Shown piece by piece: positions 1 to 10,700 of a stretch of DNA of 64,000 bases. Position 1 is the first letter of the stretch; each line of letters starts with the position of its first letter. The notes beneath the pieces were generated by a model. The model did not search any database, was not told where the DNA came from, and saw only the letters and a program-made list of their open reading frames with translations. The translations under genes were made by a program, and so were the position numbers. This DNA comes from an uncultured delta proteobacterium (GTDB taxonomy: Bacteria > Desulfobacterota > Binatia > UBA9968): NCBI GenBank assembly GCA_963840855.1, contig CAWJBB010000034.1, positions 72,340 through 136,339 on the forward strand, in the 5' to 3' direction.

Positions 1-11
1 ATTTTTCACTG

Positions 12-1343
12 CTATGTGGATGTCAAGTCTCCAAGCACATCTTTAATAATCTCGGCGATGCGCTTGACGTGATCAAAGCCGACCGTGGGCTCGCAAGGAA
101 GTTCGATCAGGTCGGCCCAAATCCTTTCGGCGTTAGAAAGCCGGTCCCATACGCATTGTTCATAGCCGGGCAAAAGGTGGATCGGTACATAGCTTCCCTG
201 GACTTCATACCCCTCGTTGCCAAGGGCCTCGATCACTCGGGTAGCAAGGTCATCGCCGCGCCGCGCCGACATGAGGCGAATGACCTGCGTCAGACACGCC
301 GATTGATTTCGCTGCGGTATGAGTTGCAAGCGTTCATCGCCGCCGAGTAATTCATTATAGGCCCGAACACGAGCGCGGCGAGCCGTAATGTTCTCGTGCA
401 AAGTTTGCATGAGTGAAAATGCCACGGTGGCGTTGAGGTTGGCCATCGTCTCTTTTCGATATGGACTCGGCGGTATATCGGGACCATCCTGCGGCGAGCG
501 AGAAATCGCGCGCTGGAACGGTCGCGACAAGCGCCGCCAGCGGTGCCAAATCAGAGTCGACAAAAACATTCTGACCGCCGTTGCGCCCGATGGCGCCGAC
601 AAACCGGCGTCGGCAATGCGCGCGGCAAGATCATGATTCGTGACAACGACGGCACCTCCGCCTAGACCGGAGCAAATTTTCTCTTTGCCAAAACTAATGA
701 TTCCCACATCGCCGAAACTGCCAACGGGCCGTCCGTCGATAGCCGCCCCCAGCGCCTGCGCGGCGTCGTCGATGACGTGAATATTCCTACCCTTCACGAG
801 ATCTGTAATCGAGCCGATGTCAGCGGGGTTGCCAAACAGATGCGGCACGATGATCGCTCTGGTTTTTTTGCTAAGGGCTGGTTCAACGGTTGCCGCGGTA
901 ATGTTGAGTTCCGCCCCCACATCGGCGAGTACCGGGACTGCGCCGGCGGCGAGTATCGGCGCAACCACAGCGGTGCAACAAAAAGTGGGAATAACCACTT
1001 CGTCGTGCCGTCCAACGCCGCATGCGCCCAAAGCAAGGTCGAGAGCCAAACTGCCGGAGCCGCAGAGAAACACATCCGCCACGCCCAGCATTTCAATCAC
1101 CGATGACTTGAGTTTGCCGAGCTCAGGTCCGGCGATGACGTTGCCCGCTACAAAGGATTGGACAATGCTTCGATAAGTTGCGCCATTCCAATAGGGGACG
1201 GCGAGAGGAACGAGGGGAAAGAGAGAAGGCGGAAGGATAAAGGATAAAGGATGAAAACGGAAAGATGAAAAGAGAGACAGCGGTCTCCCAAGCGATCTTC
1301 CAATATTTTCATCCTTCATCGTTTCGCATTCATCCTTTCTCAT
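12..1343 (-). CDS. DegT/DnrJ/EryC1/StrS family PLP-dependent aminotransferase; true start probably ~40 codons downstream of the ORF start
   Basis: Motifs GSGSLAL, DEVVIPTFCC, HLFGNPAD, IDDAAQALGA, SFGKEK (PLP Lys). The first ~40 predicted residues are a translation of the intergenic heptamer repeat (FHPLSFILPPS). Confidence 0.88.
   Translation of the reverse strand: MRKDECETMKDENIGRSLGRPLSLFSSFRFHPLSFILPPSLFPLVPLAVPYWNGATYRSIVQSFVAGNVIAGPELGKLKSSVIEMLGVADVFLCGSGSLALDLALGACGVGRHDEVVIPTFCCTAVVAPILAAGAVPVLADVGAELNITAATVEPALSKKTRAIIVPHLFGNPADIGSITDLVKGRNIHVIDDAAQALGAAIDGRPVGSFGDVGIISFGKEKICSGLGGGAVVVTNHDLAARIADAGLSAPSGATAVRMFLSTLIWHRWRRLSRPFQRAISRSPQDGPDIPPSPYRKETMANLNATVAFSLMQTLHENITARRARVRAYNELLGGDERLQLIPQRNQSACLTQVIRLMSARRGDDLATRVIEALGNEGYEVQGSYVPIHLLPGYEQCVWDRLSNAERIWADLIELPCEPTVGFDHVKRIAEIIKDVLGDLTST
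1228..1340. repeat. Paired inverted heptamer array (GGATRAA n ... TTCATCC n)
   Basis: ggcggaa-ggataaa-ggataaa-ggatgaa, followed by ttcatcc-ttcatcg...ttcatcc. Confidence 0.8.
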
Positions 1344-1398
1344 TTGTTAGTCTCAAAATTATATGGCAGGCTTGGCCATCACGAGCAAGGAGGCGGTC

Positions 1399-3075
1399 AT
1401 GGCGCGAATCACGGGAGGTCACCTTATCTGCAAAGCGCTCAAGCTCGAAGGCGTGCGCAATATTTTCTGCTTGGCCGGTGATCATATTTTGCCGACCCTT
1501 GACGTGATGGCGGACCAGGACTTCCGCATCATCGACACCCGCCATGAGCAGGCCGCGGTGCACATGGCGGATGCCTGGAGCCGGATCACCGAGACGCCGG
1601 GTGTTTGCATGTATACGACTCCCGGCTTCGCCAACGCCATTCCCGGTCTCACGAATGCCATGCACAGCGAAGCGCCGATTGTCTCCATCGCCGGATGCGC
1701 CGATGGACATGATCTGGGCCGGGGCGCCCAGCAAGAAATCGACCAGGTGGGCATGGCCGGTCCGATGTGCAAGGGCTCGTTCATGGTTCATGATATTCGC
1801 CGCATCCCCGAGTTCATCGCGCGCGCGATGCGGCTGGCGTTCAGCGGCCGGCGCGGTCCGGTGCATCTGACCATCCCCATCGATCTTCAGGAACATAGCG
1901 TGGATGAGAACGAGGTAGCTTTTGGCGCGGAGGTTGATTACCACGGTAAAGCGTCCATCCTCGCCGACCCGGCGCTGGTGAACCAGGCAATTGCGTTGTT
2001 GCGCCAGGCGCACAAACCATTGCTCATAGCCGGCAGCGCCGCGGGTTACACCCTATCCGGCGAGGCCCTGCAACGGTTCATCGAAACGACGCGTCTGCCG
2101 GTACTTACGGAAGAGCAGTCACGCGGTTTGATCGCCGACGATCATCCCTACGCCTTCGGCTTTTTCGAGAGAGGTCTCAATCGCGCCGCCGCCAAGGTTC
2201 GCGACGCCGATCTGGTTATGCTGTTGGGGCGCAAGCAGGACTTTACCATCGGCTATTGCCGCCCTCCCCATGTTGCGGCGAGCGCTAAAATCATTCAAAT
2301 CGATCCCTCGCCGATGGAAATCGGGCGCAACCGCGGAGTCGCGTTGGGAATGGTCGGAGACGTCACCAGCGTGCTGGACCAATTGACCAAGGAAGCCGAG
2401 AAGCACGCGTGGAACGAACTCCCCTGGATCGACGAACTGCGCGACGCGCGGCGCGCCCAGGCGGAATGGGCGGAAGGTCTGGCTCGCGCCGAGACGCCGA
2501 TGCACGCGCTGTTCGTTCACAAGACGGTCAAATCGATCTTGCAGCCGGAAGATTGCCTCGTGTTCGACGGCGGCGATTTCTGCCATTTCGGTCGCTCTTT
2601 TCTCCCCGCGATAAAACCAAAACGCTGGCTGTATGTTTCCAGTCTAGGAATGCTGGGCTCCGCGCTTCCCAGCGCCCTCGCCGCCAAGGTGGCATACCCT
2701 GATTCAAGGGTGATCATGCTCAGCGGTGACGGCGCTTTCGGTTTTAACGCCATGGAATTCGACACGGCGGTGCGCCATAAGTTAAATATCGTGGCGATAT
2801 TGGGAAATGATTCCGCGTGGGGCATCGACCGGCAAATCCAGCTCGGTCTATACGGCCGCTCCGTGGCCACCGATCTGCTGCAAACCCGCTACGATCAGGT
2901 CGTGCAAGGTCTGGGTGGACATGGCGAATTTGTCACACGCGCTGAAGAATTGGCGCCCGCCTTGGGCCGGGCCTTTGCCGCCGGGAAACCAGCGCTGCTG
3001 AACGTCGCCGTGCGCCAGGTCGTGAGTCCCCGGGGCGAAGCCGCCATCGCGCGGCGAAAAAAGGATGAAGGATAA
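1399..3075 (+). CDS. Thiamine diphosphate-dependent enzyme (acetolactate synthase large subunit / 2-hydroxyacyl-CoA lyase-like)
   Basis: RHEQAA, GPVHLTIP and GDGAFGFN...GNDSAWG ThDP motifs; AAGGAGG RBS before ATG 1399. Confidence 0.9.
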   Translation: MARITGGHLICKALKLEGVRNIFCLAGDHILPTLDVMADQDFRIIDTRHEQAAVHMADAWSRITETPGVCMYTTPGFANAIPGLTNAMHSEAPIVSIAGCADGHDLGRGAQQEIDQVGMAGPMCKGSFMVHDIRRIPEFIARAMRLAFSGRRGPVHLTIPIDLQEHSVDENEVAFGAEVDYHGKASILADPALVNQAIALLRQAHKPLLIAGSAAGYTLSGEALQRFIETTRLPVLTEEQSRGLIADDHPYAFGFFERGLNRAAAKVRDADLVMLLGRKQDFTIGYCRPPHVAASAKIIQIDPSPMEIGRNRGVALGMVGDVTSVLDQLTKEAEKHAWNELPWIDELRDARRAQAEWAEGLARAETPMHALFVHKTVKSILQPEDCLVFDGGDFCHFGRSFLPAIKPKRWLYVSSLGMLGSALPSALAAKVAYPDSRVIMLSGDGAFGFNAMEFDTAVRHKLNIVAILGNDSAWGIDRQIQLGLYGRSVATDLLQTRYDQVVQGLGGHGEFVTRAEELAPALGRAFAAGKPALLNVAVRQVVSPRGEAAIARRKKDEG

Positions 3076-3145
3076 AGGCGGAAGGATGAAGTGGCTGGGA
3101 ATCCTCTCATTTAATTTCATCCTTCATCCCTTATCCTTCATCCTT
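3063..3145. repeat. Paired inverted heptamer array (GGATRAA/TTCATCC) between convergent genes
   Basis: ggatgaa-ggataaa-ggcggaa-ggatgaa ... ttcatcc-ttcatcc-cttatcc-ttcatcc; supplies the stop codon of the ThDP gene. Confidence 0.85.
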
Positions 3146-3146
3146 T

Positions 3147-4295
3147 TTATTTCAGCGCGAGATTGCTGGGCTGCTCCACTCCGTCGAGCTTCACACCGCC
3201 GTCGGCCGCGGCCTGTTGGATGCGCCGCCACTCGTCGTGGTAGCCGCGCGTGTGGCCGCGAAAGTGAGGTATGACGTAGCGCGCGAACATCTCCATGGAG
3301 CGGCGGACCTTTTCGCTGCTCGTCCACTCATGTGTGGTTAGCATCAGACCGCCAAAGCCGCCGGTTTCGGCCTGCATGCGCTCGATTTGCGCGATCGCGT
3401 CGTCGGGGGTGCCGATGATCCAGTCGCGCCGGTCGGCGCCGGAGCGCGCGGTGATCTCATTGGCCGGCTGGCCGGGATAAGACTCGTAGGGTCCCTTCAG
3501 TCCGATGGAGACGAAATATTCCATGTCGCGCTTGATGCTCGCCTCGACGTCGCGCCAGGCTTCCTCTCTGCTGTCGGCGAGATAGACACAGGTCGCGATG
3601 CGCCAGTTGTCGCGCGAAGTCGCTGTGCCATGTTTCGCCGCGATCGCTTCGACCTTGTTCCATTGCTCGGCTTTGGTCTGATTGTTTCTGACATTTTTTC
3701 CGGCGGGAGAAAGCAGCAGCATGCCGTATTTGCCGGCAAGCTCAAGGCTGATCGCATTTCCCGACGACGCGATCGCGAGCGGCATGCGCGGCTGCTGGTA
3801 CGAACGGAGCTGCAAGCGCATTTGCTTGAACGACCAGAAGCGGCCTTCATGGTCGATGGGGTCGGGCGACTCGAGCAACCGGACGATGATATCCGCCGAT
3901 TCCGCCAGCATCGGATACAGTTTTTCATTGGGCAGGCCGAAGAGTTTTTTGTCGGTAACCAGCGCGCAGGGACCGACGCCGAGGATGGCGCGGCCGCGGG
4001 TCAGGTGATCGAGAAAAGCCATCCGTTCGGCGACGTGAAACGGATGATGAAAAGGGACGCTGATCACGGACGTGCCGAGACGAATGCGATGGGCGTGTGC
4101 GGCGGCTTTGGCAAGCGCCATTTCCGGCGCGGGCATGGTCTCCCAACCGCCCGAGTGATGCTCGCCGATAAAAAACTCGTCGAAGTCCAACTCCTCCGCG
4201 TAATGAATCAGCGAAATATCCCGGTCAAACGCCAGCGCGGGATTTTCCGACGGGTGATGCAACGGCATCATGAAAAATGAAAATTTCATATGCAC
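3147..4295 (-). CDS. LLM-class (luciferase-like) flavin-dependent oxidoreductase
   Basis: AEELDFDEFFIGEHHS, IRLGTSV, HPFHVAERMAFLDHLTRGR motifs. Confidence 0.92.
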   Translation of the reverse strand: MHMKFSFFMMPLHHPSENPALAFDRDISLIHYAEELDFDEFFIGEHHSGGWETMPAPEMALAKAAAHAHRIRLGTSVISVPFHHPFHVAERMAFLDHLTRGRAILGVGPCALVTDKKLFGLPNEKLYPMLAESADIIVRLLESPDPIDHEGRFWSFKQMRLQLRSYQQPRMPLAIASSGNAISLELAGKYGMLLLSPAGKNVRNNQTKAEQWNKVEAIAAKHGTATSRDNWRIATCVYLADSREEAWRDVEASIKRDMEYFVSIGLKGPYESYPGQPANEITARSGADRRDWIIGTPDDAIAQIERMQAETGGFGGLMLTTHEWTSSEKVRRSMEMFARYVIPHFRGHTRGYHDEWRRIQQAAADGGVKLDGVEQPSNLALK

Positions 4296-4341
4296 TCCTT
4301 ATGGGACGTATGTAAGAAGCCAGGGACGAAACCCGCCGGCG

Positions 4342-5373
4342 CTATTTCAAGATCTCCTTCAATTGCTTGACCAAGCCTGGCTCCAGCTTGAAGAGCGTTT
4401 TGATCTCTTTGTCGATCGTCTCGCCATCCAGCGGATCAATATCCAACCTCGCTCGCTTAGCGTCGGCCAGAAACTCCGGGTCTTTCAGGGTCTCCGAAAA
4501 AGCTTTCCGCAGTATTTTGACTCGTTCCTTCGGCGTCCCCGGCGGCATTACGTAGGGGCGGTTTGTAACTCCGTTGACCCGACCCAACGTCTGAATCATT
4601 TTTTTCGCGTCATCGGTCTTTGCGAGATCGACGGCCCACGGCAGATTAGGAAACTCGGGATGCGGCCGGATGGCGGCCTGAACCACCATGACGATTTCGC
4701 CGTTGTCCATTTCATTGCGCCAATTGGCCTTGAAAGACTCGATGGAATTGCAGATGCCGTGAACTTCGCCGGCATTGAATGCAAGCCGCACGGGTCCCGT
4801 GCCTTTGTAACCGGTCACGAGCTGGAGGGGAAGGCCCAAGGTTACTTTGAGGAGTTTGGGAATATCGTCAGTGCCGCCGCCAGGGGCGACGCCACCTATC
4901 TTCAATACGGTTCCCGAGGCTTTCCACTGCTCCACGCTGGTGATAGCGGTGCTCTTCGCAATGCCGATCATGAAATTGTCCTGCGCGGGAACACCGAGAA
5001 ATTCAAAATTCGTCGCCTTGAACTCGATTCCCGGCAGACCCAGCAGCTCCTGCAAAAACAGGCCGCCGACAAAAGTGCCGATCGATAGGCCGTCAGGCCG
5101 CGAAGCCTTATACACATAGTTGGCGGCGACCAGACCGGCGGCGCCAGGCATGTTGTCGACAACCAGAGTTGGATTACCGGGGATATATTTTCCGATGTGC
5201 CGGGTAATGGCCCGCGAATAGGCGTCGAAACCACCTCCAGGCGGGGCACCTGCGATCAGCCTAATGGTTTTTCCCTTGTAAAATAAATCTTGTCCGAAGG
5301 AGGATTGGGCGAGTAGATTCACGGCCGATGCAATGACTAGGGCCAACCACGAACGTAAAACGATGCGTACCAT
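4342..5373 (-). CDS. tctC: Tripartite tricarboxylate transporter substrate-binding protein (TctC/Bug family)
   Basis: Signal peptide; PPGGGFD, VDNMPGAAG, PDG, GYKGTG motifs. Confidence 0.85.
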   Translation of the reverse strand: MVRIVLRSWLALVIASAVNLLAQSSFGQDLFYKGKTIRLIAGAPPGGGFDAYSRAITRHIGKYIPGNPTLVVDNMPGAAGLVAANYVYKASRPDGLSIGTFVGGLFLQELLGLPGIEFKATNFEFLGVPAQDNFMIGIAKSTAITSVEQWKASGTVLKIGGVAPGGGTDDIPKLLKVTLGLPLQLVTGYKGTGPVRLAFNAGEVHGICNSIESFKANWRNEMDNGEIVMVVQAAIRPHPEFPNLPWAVDLAKTDDAKKMIQTLGRVNGVTNRPYVMPPGTPKERVKILRKAFSETLKDPEFLADAKRARLDIDPLDGETIDKEIKTLFKLEPGLVKQLKEILK

Positions 5374-5500
5374 GATCGCCTCCGCTGCGATTTAGATGGT
5401 TTCCGCCACAAAAATCCTCCACGGCTCTATTTCGCCGGCAAGCCCGGCAGCGCGGCGCAAAATGAATCCTCGAGACAGGCGAGTCCACGCCCGCGGACTT

Positions 5501-5875
5501 TTAACGCTTCAATTGACTGCCGGGAACCGTCACCGTGATATGCGACATCGACGAATCGGCCTTGGCGCCATGCCAGTGGCGCTCGCCGGCCTTGATGTGC
5601 ACGATATCGCCGACGGTGATCTCGCGCTCATCGGCCTCAGTGGCGACCATACCCTTGCCGGCGGTGACAACCAAAATCTGATCGCAGTCGTGGACATGCC
5701 ATCCAGTGGTCGCGCCGACGCGGAAGTTCACGACGTTACAACGAAAGTTGTCCGATTGCCCTTCGCCGATGACCGCTTGCCGCGTCCGGCTTACCGGCCC
5801 GCCCTTCCAGCCGGCAATCGGCGTGGCGGTGTCCATCGGTGTTTCCGATAACTCGTTAATTTTGAGTACGCGCAT
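5501..5875 (-). CDS. Cupin domain protein
   Basis: WHVHDCDQIL and GDIVHIKAGERHWHGA cupin motifs; AAGGAGG RBS. Confidence 0.88.
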   Translation of the reverse strand: MRVLKINELSETPMDTATPIAGWKGGPVSRTRQAVIGEGQSDNFRCNVVNFRVGATTGWHVHDCDQILVVTAGKGMVATEADEREITVGDIVHIKAGERHWHGAKADSSMSHITVTVPGSQLKR

Positions 5876-5899
5876 GATCAGCCTCCTTGGAACAAGATT

Positions 5900-6023
5900 A
5901 ACCGCAAAGAACGCAAATGATGCAAAAAAAGAGCATTCTCGCAGCGGCGCAAAGTTCGCGGTGTTCGAAACGATTTCTTAGTCGAGTAATGTCTTTACCT
6001 GCGCCCTCCGCGCCTCCGCGGTG
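5900..6023. repeat. Paired inverted 9-mer element (accgcaaag-type)
   Basis: accgcaaag-aacgcaaat-gatgcaaa ... ctgcgccct-ccgcgcct-ccgcggtg; related element at 58510-58690. Confidence 0.55.
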
Positions 6024-6159
6024 CGTTATCTTCGTCTTTGCCACAACTACAACGGCGGAGTAGAAAGCGTCAAGTGTGCGCAAGCTGAATCAAGCCTTTG
6101 AGAGTTGACAGCCTTCGATAGCGTCCGTTATAAGCACGCCAGGCAAGGGACTGATTGAA

Positions 6160-7272
6160 ATGAGGTTAACCATGCTCAATATTCAACAAAAGCTGGGGTT
6201 GCGCGACCGCCTGGTGATCGCGACTCTGATGCTTTGCTTTTTGTCATTGGGGCCGCGTAACACCAACGCCGCGCAATCCCACAACTTCGATGAGAAAGCG
6301 GTGGCTAATTTTTACCGCGGCAAGTCCGTCACCATCGTGGTCGGCTTTGCTCCCGGTGGCGGCTATGACATAAGCGCGCGCATCTTGGCGCGGCACTTCG
6401 GCCGGCATGTCCCGGGCAATCCAACTCTCATCGTCGAGAATCGTCCGGGAGCCGGCAGCCTTGTGACCGCCAATCTGGTTTACAAAGGTCTGCGCAAAGA
6501 CGGCACTTATATCGCGACCTTCAATTCGCAGATGGTCTTGCAGCAGCTCTTGGGCCAACCAGGTATTGAGTTCGACAGCCGAGCTTATAATTGGCTCGGC
6601 AGCGTGGCGTCGAGTCAAAGCGCCTGCGCCGTTCATAGGGAAACCGGCGTGACTCACGTCAAGCAGCTCACGGGCGCCAATGCCAAGGTGGTAAACATGG
6701 GGGGAGAAGCGCCAGGATCCGGGATCACCGACGCGGCCGCCGTTATCCGCGCGGCGCTCGGCGTGAAATTCAAAATCATTTACGGCTACGCCGGCGCGCG
6801 ACCGGTCGCCAATGCGGTTTTGAACCGCGAGATCGACGGCATGTGCATCAGCTGGGAGTCGTTTACTTCCGACCTCAAAATGTTTTTCGAGCCGGCAAAA
6901 ATCGTCAACGTGCTGGCCATCTTCGGCAGCGAGTTGCCCAAGCACCCCTGGCTCGAAAACGCCGAAGCGGCGGAAGCGATCGCTCCGAATAATTCCGCGC
7001 GGACGCTGCTAAAACTCGTGTATGGCCCCGGAAAATTTTCCTTTCCTTATGCCGTGGCGCCCGGCGTGCCAGTGGATCGGCTGGCGGCGCTGCGCGCGGC
7101 GTTCGATAAAACCCTCGCCGACCCGGCGTTCGTCGCCGACTTTGAAAAGTTTCGCCCGCTTGTGCCGCGCAATGGCGAGGATGTTGCACAGATCGCCAAG
7201 GAGTTGCTCGCGACCAAGCCCGCTCTGGTCAGCGAGCTGAAGGAAGCCTTAAAGCAAAGGGTCGGTCCTTAA
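6160..7272 (+). CDS. tctC: TctC/Bug family substrate-binding protein
   Basis: APGGGYD, VENRPGAGS motifs; first gene of a tctC-tctA-tctB operon. Confidence 0.85.
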   Translation: MRLTMLNIQQKLGLRDRLVIATLMLCFLSLGPRNTNAAQSHNFDEKAVANFYRGKSVTIVVGFAPGGGYDISARILARHFGRHVPGNPTLIVENRPGAGSLVTANLVYKGLRKDGTYIATFNSQMVLQQLLGQPGIEFDSRAYNWLGSVASSQSACAVHRETGVTHVKQLTGANAKVVNMGGEAPGSGITDAAAVIRAALGVKFKIIYGYAGARPVANAVLNREIDGMCISWESFTSDLKMFFEPAKIVNVLAIFGSELPKHPWLENAEAAEAIAPNNSARTLLKLVYGPGKFSFPYAVAPGVPVDRLAALRAAFDKTLADPAFVADFEKFRPLVPRNGEDVAQIAKELLATKPALVSELKEALKQRVGP

Positions 7273-7304
7273 CCCAGCCGTAAGAACGAGGAAAGTGAGG
7301 CGGG

Positions 7305-8774
7305 ATGCTTGACGCTTTCTTTTCCGGGTTTCTGCAAGTTTTCACTCTCTCCACCTTTTCCTTGCTTCTGCTCGGCATCCTGATCGGCTTTATCGTTGGC
7401 ATATTGCCCGGTATCGGTGGCGCCGCTAGCCTCGCCCTCATGCTCCCGTTCGTCTTCGACATGGCTCCGCGGGACGCCTTTGCTTTCCTGTTGGGCACCC
7501 TGGCGGTGACCTCTACCACCGGCGACATTACTTCGATACTCTTCGGCGTTCCCGGTGAATCGATATCGGCAGCGCTAATCTTGGATGGCCATCCGATGGC
7601 CAAACAAGGCGAGGCCGGACGGGCGCTGGGTGCGGCGCTTATGAGTTCCCTGGTTGGAGCGATTATCGGCGCATTTGTATTAGCGGCGATCATCCCAATC
7701 GTCGCGCCGCTGGTGCTCACCTTCAAGTCGCCGGAATTTTTCGCTCTCAGCTTGCTTGGTATAACTTTCGTCGCCTCGCTTAGCGGCGAAAGCATGCTGA
7801 AAGGGATCGTCGCGGCCGGAGTTGGTCTGGTACTCTCGATGATCGGCCTCGATCCCCAATCGGGCATCCCTCGTTACACTTTCGGCATGGCGCAACTCTG
7901 GGACGGCATCGGTCTTGTGCCGGTAACGGTCGGCCTATTTGCCATCCCCGAAATCGTCGATCTTTGGGTCAGAGGCACCAGCATCGCCGATAAGCGCGTC
8001 GGCAAATTGGGCGGGGTATGGCAAGGCGTCAAAGACACTTTTGTCCACTGGGGTATTACGCTCCGGTGCAGTCTGATCGGCACTTTTATCGGCATCATTC
8101 CAGGCCTGGGCGCCGCTGTCTCTCAGTGGATGGCATACGCCCATGCCGTACAGAGTTCTTCCGACAAGCGTCGATTTGGCGCCGGCGACGTTCGCGGCGT
8201 TCTCGGACCGGGAGCGGCAAACAATTCGGGTTTGGGCGGATCGTTGGTTCCCACCGTCGCCTTTGGCATTCCGGGTAACGTCGTGATGGCTTTACTGTTG
8301 GGAGCTTTTTTGATCAAGGGCATAGTTCCAGGGCCGTCTATGCTCAGCAAACACCTGGACCTTATCTTTGCGTTCGTCTGGTTCATCGTGATTTCCAATA
8401 TTATAACGGTAGCCGTTTGTTTCCTTTTTCTTGAGCAGCTCGCAAAAATTACTTACATCCGAGGATCCCTTCTGGTACCGGGACTGATTCTGCTGATTTT
8501 TTTGGGCGCCTACGCTGAAGCAAAGTCGACTTTCGACATGGGGCTCGTTCTGATCTTTGGCTGCATTGGGTTATTAATGGAATATACGGAGTGGCCACGC
8601 CCGCCGCTGCTTCTCGGGTTGGTTCTCGGCGCGCTTATCGAGAGAAACTTTTTTATTTCTTACGAAATCCATGCGCTGGGCTTTCTATTGAGACCGGTGG
8701 TCGTGGCTATTCTTCTGACCGGGTGCGCGGTTCTCCTCTACGGCCAATTAAAGAGCCATCGGTCGCGCGATTAG
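7305..8774 (+). CDS. tctA: Tripartite tricarboxylate transporter large permease TctA
   Basis: GILPGIG, SILFGVPGE, DGHPMAKQGEAGRAL, AANNS, GIVPGP motifs; highly hydrophobic. Confidence 0.92.
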   Translation: MLDAFFSGFLQVFTLSTFSLLLLGILIGFIVGILPGIGGAASLALMLPFVFDMAPRDAFAFLLGTLAVTSTTGDITSILFGVPGESISAALILDGHPMAKQGEAGRALGAALMSSLVGAIIGAFVLAAIIPIVAPLVLTFKSPEFFALSLLGITFVASLSGESMLKGIVAAGVGLVLSMIGLDPQSGIPRYTFGMAQLWDGIGLVPVTVGLFAIPEIVDLWVRGTSIADKRVGKLGGVWQGVKDTFVHWGITLRCSLIGTFIGIIPGLGAAVSQWMAYAHAVQSSSDKRRFGAGDVRGVLGPGAANNSGLGGSLVPTVAFGIPGNVVMALLLGAFLIKGIVPGPSMLSKHLDLIFAFVWFIVISNIITVAVCFLFLEQLAKITYIRGSLLVPGLILLIFLGAYAEAKSTFDMGLVLIFGCIGLLMEYTEWPRPPLLLGLVLGALIERNFFISYEIHALGFLLRPVVVAILLTGCAVLLYGQLKSHRSRD

Positions 8775-8791
8775 CGCACACGGAGGATTCA

Positions 8792-9375
8792 GTGTCCCGC
8801 AAAAAGATCGAATTCCTGTTTAGCGCAGTGATCGTGCTCTTCCTCTCTGGGTCCTCTGGGAACCGCAAAGCTGGCCTGCGCCGGCGCGATTGTTCCCTTG
8901 GTCGCTGGGTTTTTCGGTGCTGGCCCTCGCCTTGATACAATTCGTGGCAGCCGGACGCGCCGTGATTAGGGAAATCAGAACCGGTTCCGCCGCGCAACCA
9001 AAAGACCAATTGGCGCGAGACACCGCGGGTTTTCGCGATCACCATCGAGCCGGCGACGAAGCCGTAACGCCGACCGTTGCGATGAATCCTCCGGCCTCGG
9101 GGCACGCCGCGCCAGCTCCAGAGCCAGCCGGCCAAAGGGTTATAACGATTTGTGTTTGGATCGTGGGTTTCTTCTTAGGAATCTGGTTGGTGGGCTTTAA
9201 GTTTGGCTCTTTCTTTTTAACCATCGCGTTCATGAAATTCGCCGCCAAAGAGAAATGGCCGATCAGTGCGGCGATGGCGCTTGGGACATATCTCTTCTTT
9301 TGGTTGGTTTTCGATATCGGGTTGAAACTCCCGCTTGGCAATGGCCTCATAGCGGATTATTTTTTTCTTGATTGA
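8792..9375 (+). CDS. tctB: TctB small permease, split by a 1-nt frameshift near 8847
   Basis: GGAGGA RBS and GTG 8792 give MSRKKIEFLFSAVIVLFLS, which continues in another frame as WVLWEPQSWPAPARLFPWSLG...VFDIGLKLPLG (TctB-like C-terminus). Confidence 0.75.
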
Positions 9376-9398
9376 CGTTTGATTCCGCTTAAAACCCT

Positions 9399-9488
9399 CC
9401 GTTCATCCTTCGAGAGCCTCAGGACGAACGGTGGATAAGGTTGAAATACATTGGAAATTCTCCGTTCATGCTGACCTTAGTCGAAGCA
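9399..9488. repeat. REP-like palindromic doublet (ccgttcatccttcgagagcctcaggacgaacgg ... ccgttcatgctga..gtcgaagca)
   Basis: Hairpin-forming; related copy at 41186-41255. Confidence 0.75.
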
Positions 9489-9516
9489 TTCTTGGCGTTT
9501 TTGCGCAGAATCATGT

Positions 9517-10536
9517 TTGCGCTCTGATGCGCTTTTCCGGAGGTTGTCCATGATAGTTGGTCTTCTGGCATTTCTCTTGATCCTCGTGGCTCCGTCTACC
9601 ACAACACGAGCGGCGGATAAGATCAGAATCTCCGTCTCGGGCAGCTACAACATGATTTTTCTTTCCGCGGGTGTTGCGCAAAACAAGGGATTCTTCAAAG
9701 ACGAGGGTCTCGACGCGGACATTGTGGTGATGGGCGCTGCGCCGTCCATCGCGGCGCTGTCGAATGGCGACATCGATTTCACCCTGCTCACCGGCACCGT
9801 GATCAGGGCGGCGGTGCGTGGCCTCCCGGTGCGGCTTGTGGCGGGTTTGATGACCAGTTCGCCGCACGTCGTGCTCGCGCGCCAGGAAATAAAATCGGTT
9901 AAAGATCTCGCCGGAAAGAAAGTCGGCCTCGCGGGATTTGGCGACGCGACGCATGTCTTGGCTCGACTGATCCTCGCGCGCAACGGAGTGGACCCGGACA
10001 AGGAAGTCCAGTTCGTTCCGCTCGGCTCCGACTCGGGCCGTTTCGCGGCGCTCCAACAGAAGCTCGCGGATGCAGTCGTCACTTCCCCGCCGTGGGATTT
10101 CGAAGGGAAAAAGATGGGCTACAACATCCTGGCCAGGGCGTATGAATATGTGAATTACCCGTTATCCGGCGTCGGCGTGAATCAAAAATCGATTCAGCAA
10201 AACCGCGATCAAACGAAGAGAACGATCAGGGGCTTGATCAAGGCAAGCCGATTCATACGGGATAACCGCGAGGAAGCTGTAAAAATTCTCATGGCCTGGG
10301 CCAAAACGAAATCGGAACACGCCTACGCGTCTTACGACTCCACCGCAACGGTGATCAGCGCCGACGGCACCATTCCGGAAGACGGACTCAAACTGCTGAT
10401 CGATCAGGCGAAGAGAGATGTCAAAGTAACCCGTGACGTGCCGCTCAGCGACATCGCCGACTTCAGTATCTTGCGTGAAGTGCAGAAAGAACTTGGGTCT
10501 GCGATAACGCCAATTCTGGAATCGGGTGAAGGGTGA
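9517..10536 (+). CDS. ABC transporter substrate-binding protein, NitT/TauT (NMT1/SsuA-like) family
   Basis: Signal peptide; KGFFKDEGLD, DLAGKKVG, D...SPP motifs. Confidence 0.88.
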   Translation: MRSDALFRRLSMIVGLLAFLLILVAPSTTTRAADKIRISVSGSYNMIFLSAGVAQNKGFFKDEGLDADIVVMGAAPSIAALSNGDIDFTLLTGTVIRAAVRGLPVRLVAGLMTSSPHVVLARQEIKSVKDLAGKKVGLAGFGDATHVLARLILARNGVDPDKEVQFVPLGSDSGRFAALQQKLADAVVTSPPWDFEGKKMGYNILARAYEYVNYPLSGVGVNQKSIQQNRDQTKRTIRGLIKASRFIRDNREEAVKILMAWAKTKSEHAYASYDSTATVISADGTIPEDGLKLLIDQAKRDVKVTRDVPLSDIADFSILREVQKELGSAITPILESGEG

Positions 10537-10700
10537 GTCATTAGGCGCTGGCCGCATCACGGGCTGTGGTTCAGTTTGATTTCAGTCGTTCAGCGGGCTT
10601 GATCGTTACCACCCGATTCCACGATTTCAGATTTGGAAGTGGCCTCGACCTCTTTCCTCCCTCGCGCGTCGAGACCGTGTGGTAATCCGCAACGCGCTAA

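Noticed and set aside
6058-6075. GAGTAGAAAGCGTC resembling the start of an NMT1/xanthine riboswitch
   Set aside because: No supporting stems or 3' half found; better explained as a divergent promoter region.
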